From positions 12,648,001 to 12,712,000 of the forward strand of contig OZ024747.1 of the NCBI GenBank assembly GCA_964016885.1: DNA of 64,000 bases, read 5' to 3'. This document shows positions 1-12,135 of the stretch, piece by piece. The position numbers and the translations under genes were made by a program. The DNA is from Eledone cirrhosa. Its lineage: Eukaryota. The notes beneath the pieces are model-generated. The model saw only the letters and a list, made by a program, of their open reading frames with translations. It was not told where the DNA came from and ran no database searches. Each line of letters begins with the position of its first letter. Within the stretch, counting starts at the first letter, position 1.

Positions 1-339
1 AATGTGTATGCGTGTGTGTGTGTGTGTGTGCATAGAATGTGTATGCATGTATACAATGTTTGTGCATGTGTGAATACAATATGTATGCATATGGGCATGT
101 GAGCATACAATGTGTGTGTATGTGTCCAAAACCCAATGTCACTGTCGCACATTTTAGTCAAGATAGCTTATTTGTGCTAGCTTCTCTTCATGGACAAAAG
201 GACAAGGATAGTTGTCTTCTGATTTACAGCTGATTAACTATAAAATATATAAATACAATCTCTTACATTTTTGTGTATTTAAACATACCTTAGATTTTCT
301 AATGAATGCTGTGTTGGGCATAAACAATAATATATCATA

Positions 340-545
340 CACTGTAAAGTGGGCGTGTAGGAGTCACAACAAAAAGCACCCAACACACACTGTAAATGCG
401 GTTGGCATTAGGAAGGGCATCCAGCCATAGAAACCTAGCCAGAAACAGTTCTATGTGAGCAAGATACAGTCACCTGACCCAAGTTACCTCTAATGGGACA
501 ACCCATGCTAGCGTGGAAAATGGACGTTAAACGACGATGATGATA
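340..545 (+). mobile_element. RTE 3'UTR-derived repeat. Related pieces at about 1812-2030(-), 6570-6770(-), 7640-7925(+), 12470-12775(+), 17010-17255(+), 20475-20630(-), 28235-28450(-), 28570-28905(+), 33840-33975(-), 34540-34640(+), 35098-35190(-), 41530-41685(+), 41955-42180(+), 50218-50275(-)
   Basis: Shared gttggc.ttaggaagggcatccagcc.tagaaa and/or acccatgctagc.tggaaaa.ggacgttaaacgatgatg. Confidence 0.8.
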
Positions 546-810
546 TCGTTGTCATCATTTTTACGTCCACTTTTCCATGTATAATCTATTTTTAGAATCA
601 TTGAGCAATAGGAAGTTTTTTTGTGAATTTGAAAGACACATCACATTGTTTGACTGAGAAATAGTCTTATAAGTTGGACTTACAAACCCTGAAGATGGAA
701 AAAAAACCTTTTACAACACCACTTGGACGGGGCTGTACAACATTTCATAGCCAAACTACATTGATGCTTTTTTTCAAATTCACAAATATGTATATATATA
801 TATATATATA

Positions 811-1005
811 TAGGAAACTAGTCAGGACCCCGACGGCTGAGCTCCGGCCATTTCAACAGCCAGTTCAGAACTAGCTGTTGAAATGGCCGTAGCTCAGCCG
901 TCGGGGTCCTGACTCTTTTCCTATTATCCACTCTACCACCCATAGTATCGAGTACTCTGGTATGTTATGGTCCACCTGGTTCCTTACCACACTTCCTTCA
1001 TTATA
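811..1005 (+). mobile_element. Penelope-like fold-back element in a (TA)n tract: about 56-bp-arm hairpin (811-923) plus unique tail
   Basis: Arms taggaaactagtcaggaccccgacggctgagc... and ...gctcagccgtcggggtcctgactcttttccta. Contains GAAA-tggccg-TA (880-891). An inverted homolog lies at about 43630-43755. Confidence 0.55.
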
Positions 1006-1010
1006 TATAT

Positions 1011-1370
1011 CATCACCGTTTTACGTCTGTTCTTCCACGCTAGCATGGGTTAGACGGGTTGTCCTGTTGTGGGCAGTGTCTGGTCGGCTGACCATGCCTT
1101 GCTCATGCAGGAACTGATTTGGCTTGATTTCTACAGCTGGATGCCCTTCCTAACACTAACCTCATTTACAGTGAGTGCTGGGTGCTTTTTCGTGGCGCCT
1201 ACACGTCCACTTTACAGTGTGGGCTGGGTGCTTTTTTGCCGTGGCACCTCCACGACCACCTTGCAGTGGGGGGTGTGGGGGCACATTGTCTATATGCTTC
1301 AGCTTGTACCCATGGGAGGTCGGGTACTCTGTATTACTGCGTGACGCCAGAGGTCACGGTCGTGTCTCAT
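1011..1370 (-). mobile_element. 5'-truncated RTE LINE (family RTE-A): ORF end HDRDLWRHAVIQSTRPPMGTS* plus 3'UTR and (GAT)n tail
   Basis: DR..WR motif typical of RTE ORF C-termini. Near-identical copy at 43205-43586. Confidence 0.75.
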
Positions 1371-1692
1371 ATATAAATATATCATATTCCACTTGGTTGT
1401 GGTAGGGCTGATAATGTTAAAACTCAATGTGTCCTTGGAAAGATAGTTGCTGTGAGATTAGGCAGTGTGACCAGTAGTTTTTGTGGTAGGTGATCGCTTA
1501 ACGTATCCTCAAAGAAAATCCATCCAGGTTACAGAGTCATTTACTATATGTGTTTGTCTAGAGTACAGTGAAAAAAGACAGTTTCATTGTTCTATGCTCA
1601 AACACACACATATATAATATATATGCTTGGTGGTTACTGATCTGTCCAGCTCGTTTGTCTACCAGCATATGAAAAAATTATACATCTATGTA

Positions 1693-1768
1693 TTTTGTCT
1701 GAAGAGGACATGTTTTGCTTTATGTAATACATAAAACTTTACATCTTCGAAATATATATAAGATAAAT
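1693..1768 (+). ncRNA. Degenerate hammerhead-like motif
   Basis: CTGAAGA at 1699-1705. Stem II ggacatgt/acatcttc with inner tttatgt/acataaa. GAAA at 1749-1752, palindromic tatata, TA, then aataaa. Stem I pairs poorly. Confidence 0.5.
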
Positions 1769-2050
1769 AAAGAGGATATAAAGTATTTATCTTTTGTTCA
1801 TTACTATTATATCATCATCATCATCATCATCGTTTAACGTCTATCTTCCACGCTAGCATGGGTTAGACAGGAGTTGTCCCACTTGAGGCAAGATTGGTCG
1901 GGTGACCGTGTCTCACTCGTATAGGACTGTATCTGGCAGGTTTTCTACGGCTGGATGCCTTTCCTAACACCAACCACATTTACAGTGTGGACTGGGAGCT
2001 TTTTACCATGTTACCTACACGACCACATTACATATATATATATATATATC

Positions 2051-2139
2051 AGTAAATTTCTAACTGCAAAGGATAAACACTGCTTTAGTTGGTGAGATAT
2101 CCCAACCAAGTGTTTACCCTTTGCAATTTGGAATTTACT
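2051..2139. repeat. Imperfect hairpin (about 31-bp arms) directly after a (TA)n run
   Basis: agtaaatttctaactgcaaaggataaacact versus agtgtttaccctttgcaatttggaatttact. Confidence 0.75.
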
Positions 2140-2263
2140 AAAGTATATCAATTACTCTACTGAATTGTGTTAAGTTCTCTCTGTAGTTTTCATGGTCTGC
2201 TTCATTCTCAACAACTTATACTAAAACTGTGTTTGTGTGTGAGTATATATATTTTTTTTACTT

Positions 2264-2816
2264 ATGTATGTATGTATGTATATAGATATGTATGTATATG
2301 TATGTATATAGATATGTATGTATATGTATGTATATAGATATGTATGTATATGTATGTATATGTATGTATATAGATATGTATGTATATAGATATGTATGTA
2401 TATAGATATGTATGTATATGTATGTATGTATATGTATGTATATAGATATGTATGTATATAGATATGTATGTATATGTATGTATATAGATATGTATGTATA
2501 TGTATGTATATAGATATGTATGTATGTATATGTATGTATATAGATATGTATGTATGTATATGTATGTATATAGATATGTATGTATGTATATGTATGTATA
2601 TAGATATGTATGTATGTATATGTATGTATATAGATATGTATGTATGTATATGTATATAGATATGTATGTATGTATATGTATATATGTATATATATGTATG
2701 TATGTATGTGTGTATGTATTATATATATGGGTGTGTGTGTGTGTGTGTGTATGTATGTGTGTGTATGTATATATATGTGTGTGTGTGTGTGTGTATATAT
2801 ATGTGTGTGTGTGTGT

Positions 2817-2890
<74 letters not shown>

Positions 2891-3088
2891 ATATATGTAT
2901 GTATGTATATGTATATATATGTATGTATGTATATGTATGTATGTATGTGTATGTATGTATGTATGTATGTGTATGTATGTATGTGTATGTATGTATGTAT
3001 GTATGTATGTGTATGTATGTATGTATGTATGTATGTATGTATGTGTATGTATGTATGTATGTATGTATGTATATATGTATGTATGTAT

Positions 3089-3122
<34 letters not shown>

Positions 3123-3279
3123 GTATGTATATATATGTATGTATGTATGTATGTATATATATGTATGTATGTATGTATATATATGTATGTATGTATATAT
3201 ATGTATGTATGTATATATATGTATGTATGTATATATATGTATGTATGTATATATATGTATGTATGTATATATATATATG

Positions 3280-3318
<39 letters not shown>

Positions 3319-3437
3319 GTATGTATGTATATATATGTATGTATGTATGTATATATATATATGTATGTATGTATATATATATATGTATGTATGTATATAT
3401 ATATATGTATGTATGTATATATATATATGTATGTATG

Positions 3438-3476
<39 letters not shown>

Positions 3477-3839
3477 GTATGTATGTATATATGTATGTAT
3501 ATATGTATGTATGTATGTATATATATATGTATGTATATATATATGTATGTATGTATATATATATGTATGTATATATATATGTATGTATATATATATGTAT
3601 GTATGTATATATATATGTATGTATATATATATGTATGTATGTATATATATATGTATGTATATATATATATATGTATGTATATATATATATGTATGTATGT
3701 ATGTATATATATATGTATGTATATATATATATGTATGTATGTATGTATATATATATGTATGTATGTATGTATATATATATATATATGTATGTATATATAT
3801 ATATATATGTATGTATGTATATATATATATATATGTATG

Positions 3840-3884
<45 letters not shown>

Positions 3885-3983
3885 ATGTATGTATGTATAT
3901 ATATGTATGTATGTATATATATGTATGTATATGTATATATATGTATGTATATATATATGTATGTATATATATATATATGTATG

Positions 3984-4015
<32 letters not shown>

Positions 4016-4390
4016 TATATGTATGTATGTATATGTATGTATGTATATGTATGTATGTATATATATATGTATGTATGTATATGTATGTATGTATATGTAT
4101 ATATGTATGTATATATATATATGTATATATATGTATGTATGTATATATGTATATATATATGTGTGTATGTGTATGTATGTATGTATATATATATGTGTAT
4201 GTATGTATGTATATATATATGTGTGTATGTGTATGTATGTATGTATATGTATGTGTATGTATGTATATATGTATGTGTATGTATGTATGTATATATGTAT
4301 GTATGTATGTATGTATGTGTGTATGTATGTGTGTATGTGTATGTATGTATGTATGTATGTATGTGTATGTATGTATGTATGTATATATGT
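2264..4390. repeat. About 2.1-kb compound microsatellite (ATGT)n/(AT)n/(GT)n
   Basis: Seen directly. Explains the long IHTY and YVCM ORFs. Confidence 0.98.
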
Positions 4391-4920
4391 AACTGGCAAC
4401 CCCACCAAGGTTTCTTGGTGAGGAGGGTGACTTTGGACATCCTGCAGGACTAAAAACAAAACCTGTCAAAGGGCAAAGGAGCTCTTAAGAGTCAATGGCC
4501 ATCCAAAATCACCGGGAGAGATGACCCCTTAGCCTTTGTCAAGGCAGATATCTAGGAGAAGGAAAACTCTGATATAACACCTGCAACCCTGATGGTATCC
4601 AATGATGTTGACTTGTTCTTCTTTTTGGTAAATATCATCTTGGTTAAGAGAGTGGGACTGGCTTTGTGCAGTGCCTTTGCTCACTATAAAAGCTTCACGG
4701 CACAGGCATTGCTTTATATCTGGAGATCTCTCTGCACTTGTCGTCACATGGTACCATGGGCCCAGCACTATGTGTCAGTAATTGTCACAAGTGTAGTGTT
4801 TGTACCAGAGTTTTCAAGTCGCTGGCTGGACTAAAAAGTCACACTCGTTCAGCGCATCGGTAGGGGTTCTCCTACATGGATATAAAGTAGTGGCCGTACT
4901 CGAAAACGAGTTGGCAGCCA
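4391..4920 (+). mobile_element. Probable RTE LINE 5'UTR fragment between microsatellites
   Basis: Contains ctaggagaaggaaaactctga. Homologous block at 26520-26780. Confidence 0.5.
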
Positions 4921-4945
4921 CCATGTGTGTATATATATATGTGTA

Positions 4946-4978
<33 letters not shown>

Positions 4979-7900
4979 ATGTATGTATATCTATATATAA
5001 TATATATATTATGAAAACTGTGACTTTATTATATTTCTGATTGTAATATTAGGATGTTTCTAAAGCATGTCTAACATATGTTGTTTGTATACAGTAGTTA
5101 TGAAATACAGGTTATGTATGTATAGTAATAGCACTATAGAAGAAAGGTAAACAAAGTTTTCATCAGAGTTTCAATATTTATTTAGCTAATTTTATTTCTC
5201 TTATGTTGCTAATGTTTCCCTCAAGACCAGGCATTAATGCCACATTATAAACCTATAAACCTGAAAACTTGTGCTATGTAGTTACATGACTGGTGTTTAT
5301 ATGGTAGTGAAACTTTAGTTAAGATGGCTAAATTAACCATGTAATTTTACTTTTGTTTTGTTTCTTCAAGTCTGGATTTGTTTTTGAAGTTGACTGGGAA
5401 GAAAACTCAAAATGGGTTGGGTTGTTTTTTTTTTGTTTTTTAAAAAGATATATTTTTTTATGTAGCTAATAAGAAGTGAGTGTTCAAATGTCGCAAGTTC
5501 ATGTTTAAGGCAGTGAGTGTATGTGTAATTAGACTTGGTAGAGGCGAGCACTGAAGGAAGAAATGTTTATAGAGAAATGGGAGTGGGATAATACTCAATA
5601 AAAGCCTGAGAATTAGGTTGTGAGAATGAAGAGAGGAGGATTTTCAGGGATATCCTACTTCATAGTAGTTACGAAGTTAGTACAAATTTCACAATTGTTT
5701 TCTATATAAATTTTGTACATTTCTACCAATGTTACTAATGGTTTCTTTTGACTGGACATCAAGCCAATTTGAAGGCATAGTTAATGGTAAGTACTTTATC
5801 AACCCTGCAAAAATAGATTTAAAAACAGTCGACCCTGATGGGATTTGAACTCAGAATAATGAGACGAAAAGAGTAGAACTTACAATCAGTGTAGGGCTAT
5901 AAGAATTTGCCGCTAGTTCTCTCCCATCTTTACCCATCACCATCATTCTAAGTTTAGTATTAATTGTAATAGAGATGGGCACTTTTGAAATATGTTAAAG
6001 GAAGGAAGGAGACAGTGAAATTGATGTAAAATGAGAGGGCTGTAGCGTAATTCCAGTCGCATTTTAGACTGTTTAGCTTCTCTACTGTAGTAATTGATAT
6101 ATCTAGAATACTAATATGTCTATTTATTGTGCCAAGGGAGCTCAGACAATAATTAGAAGCAAAGAGTAAAATGTTTGTCAATATGCTATGTGAAGAAGGG
6201 GTGTGAAGGACTTCAAGTCACAAGATATTATATCAAAATGAATCGGTGTCATTATCAGTTCTCTCAAATCATTAAGGTTCACTCAATAGCAATAAAATGA
6301 TTTATTAACTGAGGGTTAATGCAGTCAAGAAAAATTAAACTTTTTTAAGGGCCAATTTTGGATTAAACAGACAATACATATCTAGATTTTAAAGTTGTTT
6401 TTAAATAGCTACAATAATAGTCCAGAGATAAGAACAAACAAGCAATTCTATTTCACATTAAGGAGCATAGAGAAAACCATTTATAGTCTCATAAACCCTG
6501 TGGTCTAGTGAGAAGAGTTCATAACAGGGTGTGTATGGGAATGTCTATTTACTAATGAACTGCTTCTCATTTATCATTTTACATTCCTTTTCCATGCTGA
6601 CATAGACTGGCTGCCTTGTTAGTGTCCAAATCAGTTATTTAGAGTTACATTTTGTTCAAGTCAGGGAGGACTGTGACTTACTCATGCTGTTCAGTTTTTG
6701 GTGATATTTCTATCGCTGGATGCCCTTCCTAACGCCAAGCATTTTATAGTGAATTGGGTGCATTTTATTTTAGCTAGAGAGGTTGTCATGTCCTTAACAT
6801 GAATGAGGAAGCTTCTCTACTCCAAGTAGTCTCTGTTCTTTCTAGGCAAACATGACAGGTAGTATGAATAGCAGAGGAGTGATAACCAAGGGAGAAATAG
6901 AAGAGATTCTGAATATGAGTGTGATGGTGGGGACGTGGTAGGGGAGAGAGTAATTGAGGAGAAAGTGATAGCTACATACTGGTTGTTAGTAGGAGGTTGA
7001 AAAGGTAACAGTATAAGCAACATGAAGAAATAGCAATGATGAGTAATGGAAGAGTGAATGATAGAGAGCAAATGGGATTGGTAATGGTGAGAGTGGTAGA
7101 TGTCATGTAAGAGTCATGTGGAAAAAAGAGAATTATGGTTAACAGTCGGGAGTGGGGTGGAACTCATGGGTATTGCATAGGGACAGATTAGATGCCTTTC
7201 CTCATTAGATAGATGATATGATGGAAGATAGGCAGAGAGGTGCAGTAAAAATGACAATGAACATTTATTTAAAAGATGGAGTAAACAAAATAGAACCAGA
7301 AAGAAGAGGCATAGAAAAACAAAAAAGTCATTGAGAAGGTTACGGAATGTGACAAAAGAATTTTGACAAACTAACTAATGACTAGTAATAAAGTTGGAGT
7401 GAAAATCAAATTGTGTGTTTTTAGTGGCAAAATTGGCAACATGACCATCCTTAAACATGACAATGAAAATATAATTTAAAATAAAAACTGCAGAAATTGA
7501 GAATCTAGAAATGTGAGCATAAGTCAAAATGCCTGAAGATAAATAGGTTTCAGTGCAGTAGATGAATTAATGTGTCTAACAAGAACCGTTGTCAACTAAA
7601 GACTGTTCAAATGACTTGTTGGAGAGTGTAGATAAGTAGTGTTATCTGTGTAAAGTGGTAGTGCTGATAAAGTGGTAGTCATGATAAAATACACTCGGCC
7701 CACACTGTGAAGAAAGAGTGCTGATACTGATGAAAAAAAATCAGGGAAAATGGACCTGTTACATGTTGTGAAGTAGTTAGGTTTTTGGAAGGGTATTCAG
7801 TCATAGAAGCCATGCCAAAATGGAACCTAGGATGAACAAGACACAGTCAGGTGATCTGTTCAGCCTCAGGACATAACAACCCATCTAACTCATGGCAACA

Positions 7901-9416
7901 TGGAAAATAGATGTTAAATGATGAGTGTTAATAGTAGTGTGTGTGAGGTTTAGAGAACTTGAATTTCTGTGGCAATAGAACATGAATATTGAATGCAGAT
8001 GATAGGAAGATGGACGACGGATCGGCGGCGTGTAACACACACTGTCACATGCACAGGCGCCGCACGTAAAACTAACTTGGACGACGGATCGGCGGCGGCA
8101 TGTAACACACACAGACACATAAACATTTGAAAAGGAAGGATTAGTCAAGTCTGGTCTGTTAGATGAGCCATGTTAACATAGAAAAATTGAGTGTAAATCA
8201 GTTGACAAAACAGTTGGTTGAATTGTGTAACAGTGATACTTATGTTAGTATATACATAACAAGTGAACAATGCTGACTATAAAAGTTCTGAAAGTTGGAG
8301 TCGAAAGGCAACTGCAGTAGTGGTAGATTGGGGAAAATTTAACATATAGTTGATTGATCAAAAACCGATAGCATTTAACCACATTGATGAGATAGCACAA
8401 GATTGATACACTTAGAAGAATGTTTTATAGCAGACCATTGATGCCAGTGGAGAAAAATAGCTGTTATGATAAGACTGTCTGATTAGAGATTATCTTGAGT
8501 TATTCAACAATAACTACATGTGTTGAGTAATGGAATTTGAGCTTGGATCAACAGTTGAGTATTTTGATACTTATTACTTGATCTGGATAGAGAATTAATC
8601 TAATAACAATGATTCTAACAGTAATAAAGATTTTAACCTTTTAAACAGCAACCTTCCTAAAACTGCTTTTGTTAAATTGTTCAAATTTTAAATCAAATCT
8701 CTGGCTGAAATCTCATTTTTACATGATTGATACTATTGGATTTCAGAGGTTAAATGTTTTTTTTTATAAACTTTTCATAATTCTTGATTCTTTGGAGAAT
8801 TAAAACACATAGGCAGTGTGTTCTTGTTGGAAATATTGTTTTAAAATAAAGGGTTAAAATAAAAGTCGAATGAAAAAGCCAATGTCTGGAATATTAGGGT
8901 TATGAAAGCAAACATGTAACCTCATTTAATTTGTCATATAATCCTAACTTCACTGACATTAATAAAATATTTGGATTATTGGAATCTGTAAAGAAGTAAA
9001 TAAAAACTTTGCCATTTACTTCAAGTACTTTTATTTATTTATTTATTTTCTTTAATCTAATCATAGCCAAAACTAATAATTATAGTCTTTTACCAAGCAG
9101 AATATTTTTATGTTTAAAAGTTTAATGTTTGTAAACTCATTCTGTACTGCATGAAACAACATTAACAAAACATTTCTGAAAAATACAAAACAACACTGTG
9201 GCTGCATCACATTAAAAATTGAAGTCTTTAGTTTACTGCAAATTTTCACAATGATCTGTCCACAAGTAAAGATAGTTTTGCATTTGAATTAACAAACATG
9301 TTTTGAGATATTTTCTTTTATACTTTTCAAGAATGTCCTGCTAATGGGATATAAGATGTTATATGTTAATACCTGAAAACTGAGAAAAACTAAATGCAAG
9401 TTATATATATATATAT

Positions 9417-9952
9417 AAGTGCAGGGCAATAAAGATAGACGGTAGCCATGGAGTAGGCAGACCCAGAAAAACCTGGGACGACCTGATAAATTCCGACCTC
9501 ACACACTTACACCTCTCCAAGACAATGTCACTGGACCGAGATCTTTGGCGGTACTCAGTAATAGAGAAGACCCGCCTTACCTGAAATACAAAGTAAAACC
9601 TACTACAGTCAGTAGGCATCTCTAACCCCCCGCCCATCCACACCGCCCCTTTCAATGTAAAGTTATGTTGGTGCCACAACATCCAGTCTGAAACAAATGA
9701 GATCGTGTAAGTGTCACGACAAAAAAACACACAGTCCACGCTGTAATGTGGCCGTGTAGGTAACACGGTAAAAACCTCCCAGACCCACACTGTAAATGTG
9801 GTTGGTGTTAGGAAGGGCATCCAACTGTAGAAAACCTGCCAGACAGTCCTATGCGAGCAAGACAACCACTCTTGCCTCAAGTGGGAAAACTCCCGTCCAA
9901 ACCCATGCGAGCGTGGAAGATGGACGTTAAACGATGATGATGATGATGATGA
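9417..9952 (+). mobile_element. 5'-truncated RTE LINE: KCRAIKIDGSHGVGRPRKTWDDLINSDL...DRDLWRYSVIEKTRLT* plus 3'UTR and (GAT)n tail
   Basis: GRPRKTW and DR..WR motifs. Stop at 9582-9584. 3'UTR contains ggaagggcatcca. Tail gatgatgat. Confidence 0.85.
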
Positions 9953-9955
9953 TAT

Positions 9956-10300
9956 ATTTGTTGTAAGGTTGCTTAGATGCATCCATAGGTTGAGCACTCT
10001 ATGCTCCTTCAGAGCAGAGTATAATATTATAGAAAACAAAGAATCAGTGATACATCGAACACACAATTTATTAGCGTATTACAATTGTTTCTCCAGCAAA
10101 CGGCTCGAGGTACGATCTATTTGTGGATCGAACGTGACTCTGGATTCGCAAGTTCCTCAGATACGTCTAGCAACTTCGAAGCAAATCTTCTGGTTCGATC
10201 CACAAATAGATCATACCTCGAACTGTTCGCTGGAGAAGCAATTGTGATACGTTAATAAATTGTTTCGATGCATCACTCATTCTCCATTTTCTATTATATA
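9956..10300 (-). mobile_element. Penelope-like fold-back element: about 265-bp imperfect palindrome (10030-10293) carrying the hammerhead
   Basis: Arms of about 105 bp are reverse complements with mostly transition differences. Flanked by TA runs. Confidence 0.6.
10075..10165 (-). ncRNA. Type I hammerhead ribozyme-like motif with extended stem II and palindromic stem III (Penelope-like element type)
   Basis: Minus strand reads cgtat-CTGAGGA-(long stem II including gcgaa/tttgc and cgatc/gatcg)-GAAA-caattg-TA-atacg, then aataaa. Stem I cgtat/atacg pairs 5/5. GUA cleavage triplet. The base of stem II is imperfect. Confidence 0.7.
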
Positions 10301-11809
10301 TATATAGTCAAACCCTTGCTAGCAGGGAAAGTGGATGTTAAACTATTATGATGTATATCTATGAAGGCAGTTAGATGAAGCAAGCTGAAACTTCAGTCAC
10401 TGTCCCTTTTCTACTGAGAAATTTATAGTCTACCCACAAGTAGTGTGTTCATTCAGTAAATTTATATATATAATATATATATATATATAATACGCACACG
10501 CACACACACACACATACACACACACACACTACCTCTTCCCTCCACTAATCTTATAGGAGAGCCAAAAAAGAGTAAGTGCCGACCTTCCCTGCAGACTAAG
10601 TTATTTTAAAAAGAAGTGAAACATTTTTTAATAAGACTTTTTTCATATATAGTTGCTCATTGGTTAAGGTGCTGGAATGTGGAACCATAGAAATTGCACT
10701 TTATTGTTAGGCAGGTTTAGTGAGGAGGGCCTATAGTTCTGTACAAAAGAAATAATTTCAACAATTTATACACTGTAGTACAATATCATTGAATCTCTTC
10801 TAAAATAGAAAAGTGTATTTGCGTATCTAAATGGCTGCAAAATGTCTAATTAGGGAAAAAGTAATGTTTTGTCATTGTTTAAAGTGATATTTTTTTTTTT
10901 TGTTTGTTGTTGTACATCTAAGGTATATACAACAAATGTTAGACTTCTATTACTAAATTCAGCTTAAATATAGTATCGTTTACATTACCATTTATGTGTT
11001 TTGAAGATAAGTTTTATAAATAAACTCATTAGTTTTGACCCTTGGATATATTGAAACAATTATAGCAGCTTTTTTTTGCTTACAGATAATCTATTGTGCG
11101 AGATTGTGTGCTGTAGTAGCGCACATAATATTTTCTGGGACTAATTTTAATGTTATTTAACTCTTACATATTATCACCAATCGTCTTGTCTTTTCCTCTT
11201 AATAATGCATATATCCTTCTGTTTAGTATTATATGTCAGTTGATACATGAATGGCTGCAAGGCAGGATTTTCTGTAAAATTCCTTTTCTAAGTATCTATC
11301 TAAACCAAAATCATTGTCAGCGGGTAAGATGTAGTTATGATATAACAAAGCTTTGTTCCTCAGCTATGTTTCTGAGGGTATTCTGTTGGTTAATATAACA
11401 TGCACAAAGCTAGTATTTGTTGTTGTTGGGTTGGGTTTGTTAATAAGAGCAGTACAAGTATTCTGTTACTTTGTGTCAATAGAAAAGAAAACAGCAGGTG
11501 AATTGAAGTTTGACTTGTTTTCTATCTAGATCTTTCTTATGTCCACTTTTAGCAGTGGTAATGAATGAATTTAATTTGAAGATGTTAATAGTATACTCAG
11601 TTATTTTAAAAATCTTAAAGATATGTTTTTAAACTTTGCACCTGCAGTAAAGTAATTACAAGGCATTTAGTGATAACAAAAGAATTTACTTATTGTTCAG
11701 GTTTTGCTTAATATATTTTTAAATACAGCTTACACTTGAAAATTACAAAATTTAGAAGGGTTCAACTTATACCTGCTCAGCAGAGTTTGGAATGAAATGG
11801 ACCTGTGTC

Positions 11810-12135
11810 GGTTTCACTGAAGTGTGTTCCACTTTGAACAGCCTGCTCATGTAATTAATGTGTAAGTGGCTGAGAATTCCGCAGACATGTGTACCTACAA
11901 AGTAATTCTCATTTAGATTCAGCATGACACTGTGTGTAACAAGGCTAACCCTTTGAATTACAAGTACAATCTATCCAATGGGCTTGCAAACAGTTTCTGT
12001 CTACCCAATTCCACTCACAAGGCATAGGTCAACCCAAGGGTATGGTAAATGACACTTGTCTAAGATGCTGTGCAGTGGGATCAAACCTCAAACCAAATGA
12101 TTGTAAAGTGGTCTTCTTAACATTTACCCATGCTG
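11810..12135 (-). mobile_element. Old SINE-like repeat (family E); second copy at about 37955-38270
   Basis: Shared gtggctgag...acatgtgtacc...gtaattctc...aaggct..ccctttgaatta blocks. Degenerate tRNA-like head at the right end. Confidence 0.6.

Noticed and set aside
2258-4469. 570-735 aa ORFs in six frames
   Set aside because: Translation of an (ATGT)n/(AT)n microsatellite that cannot contain stops. No protein features.
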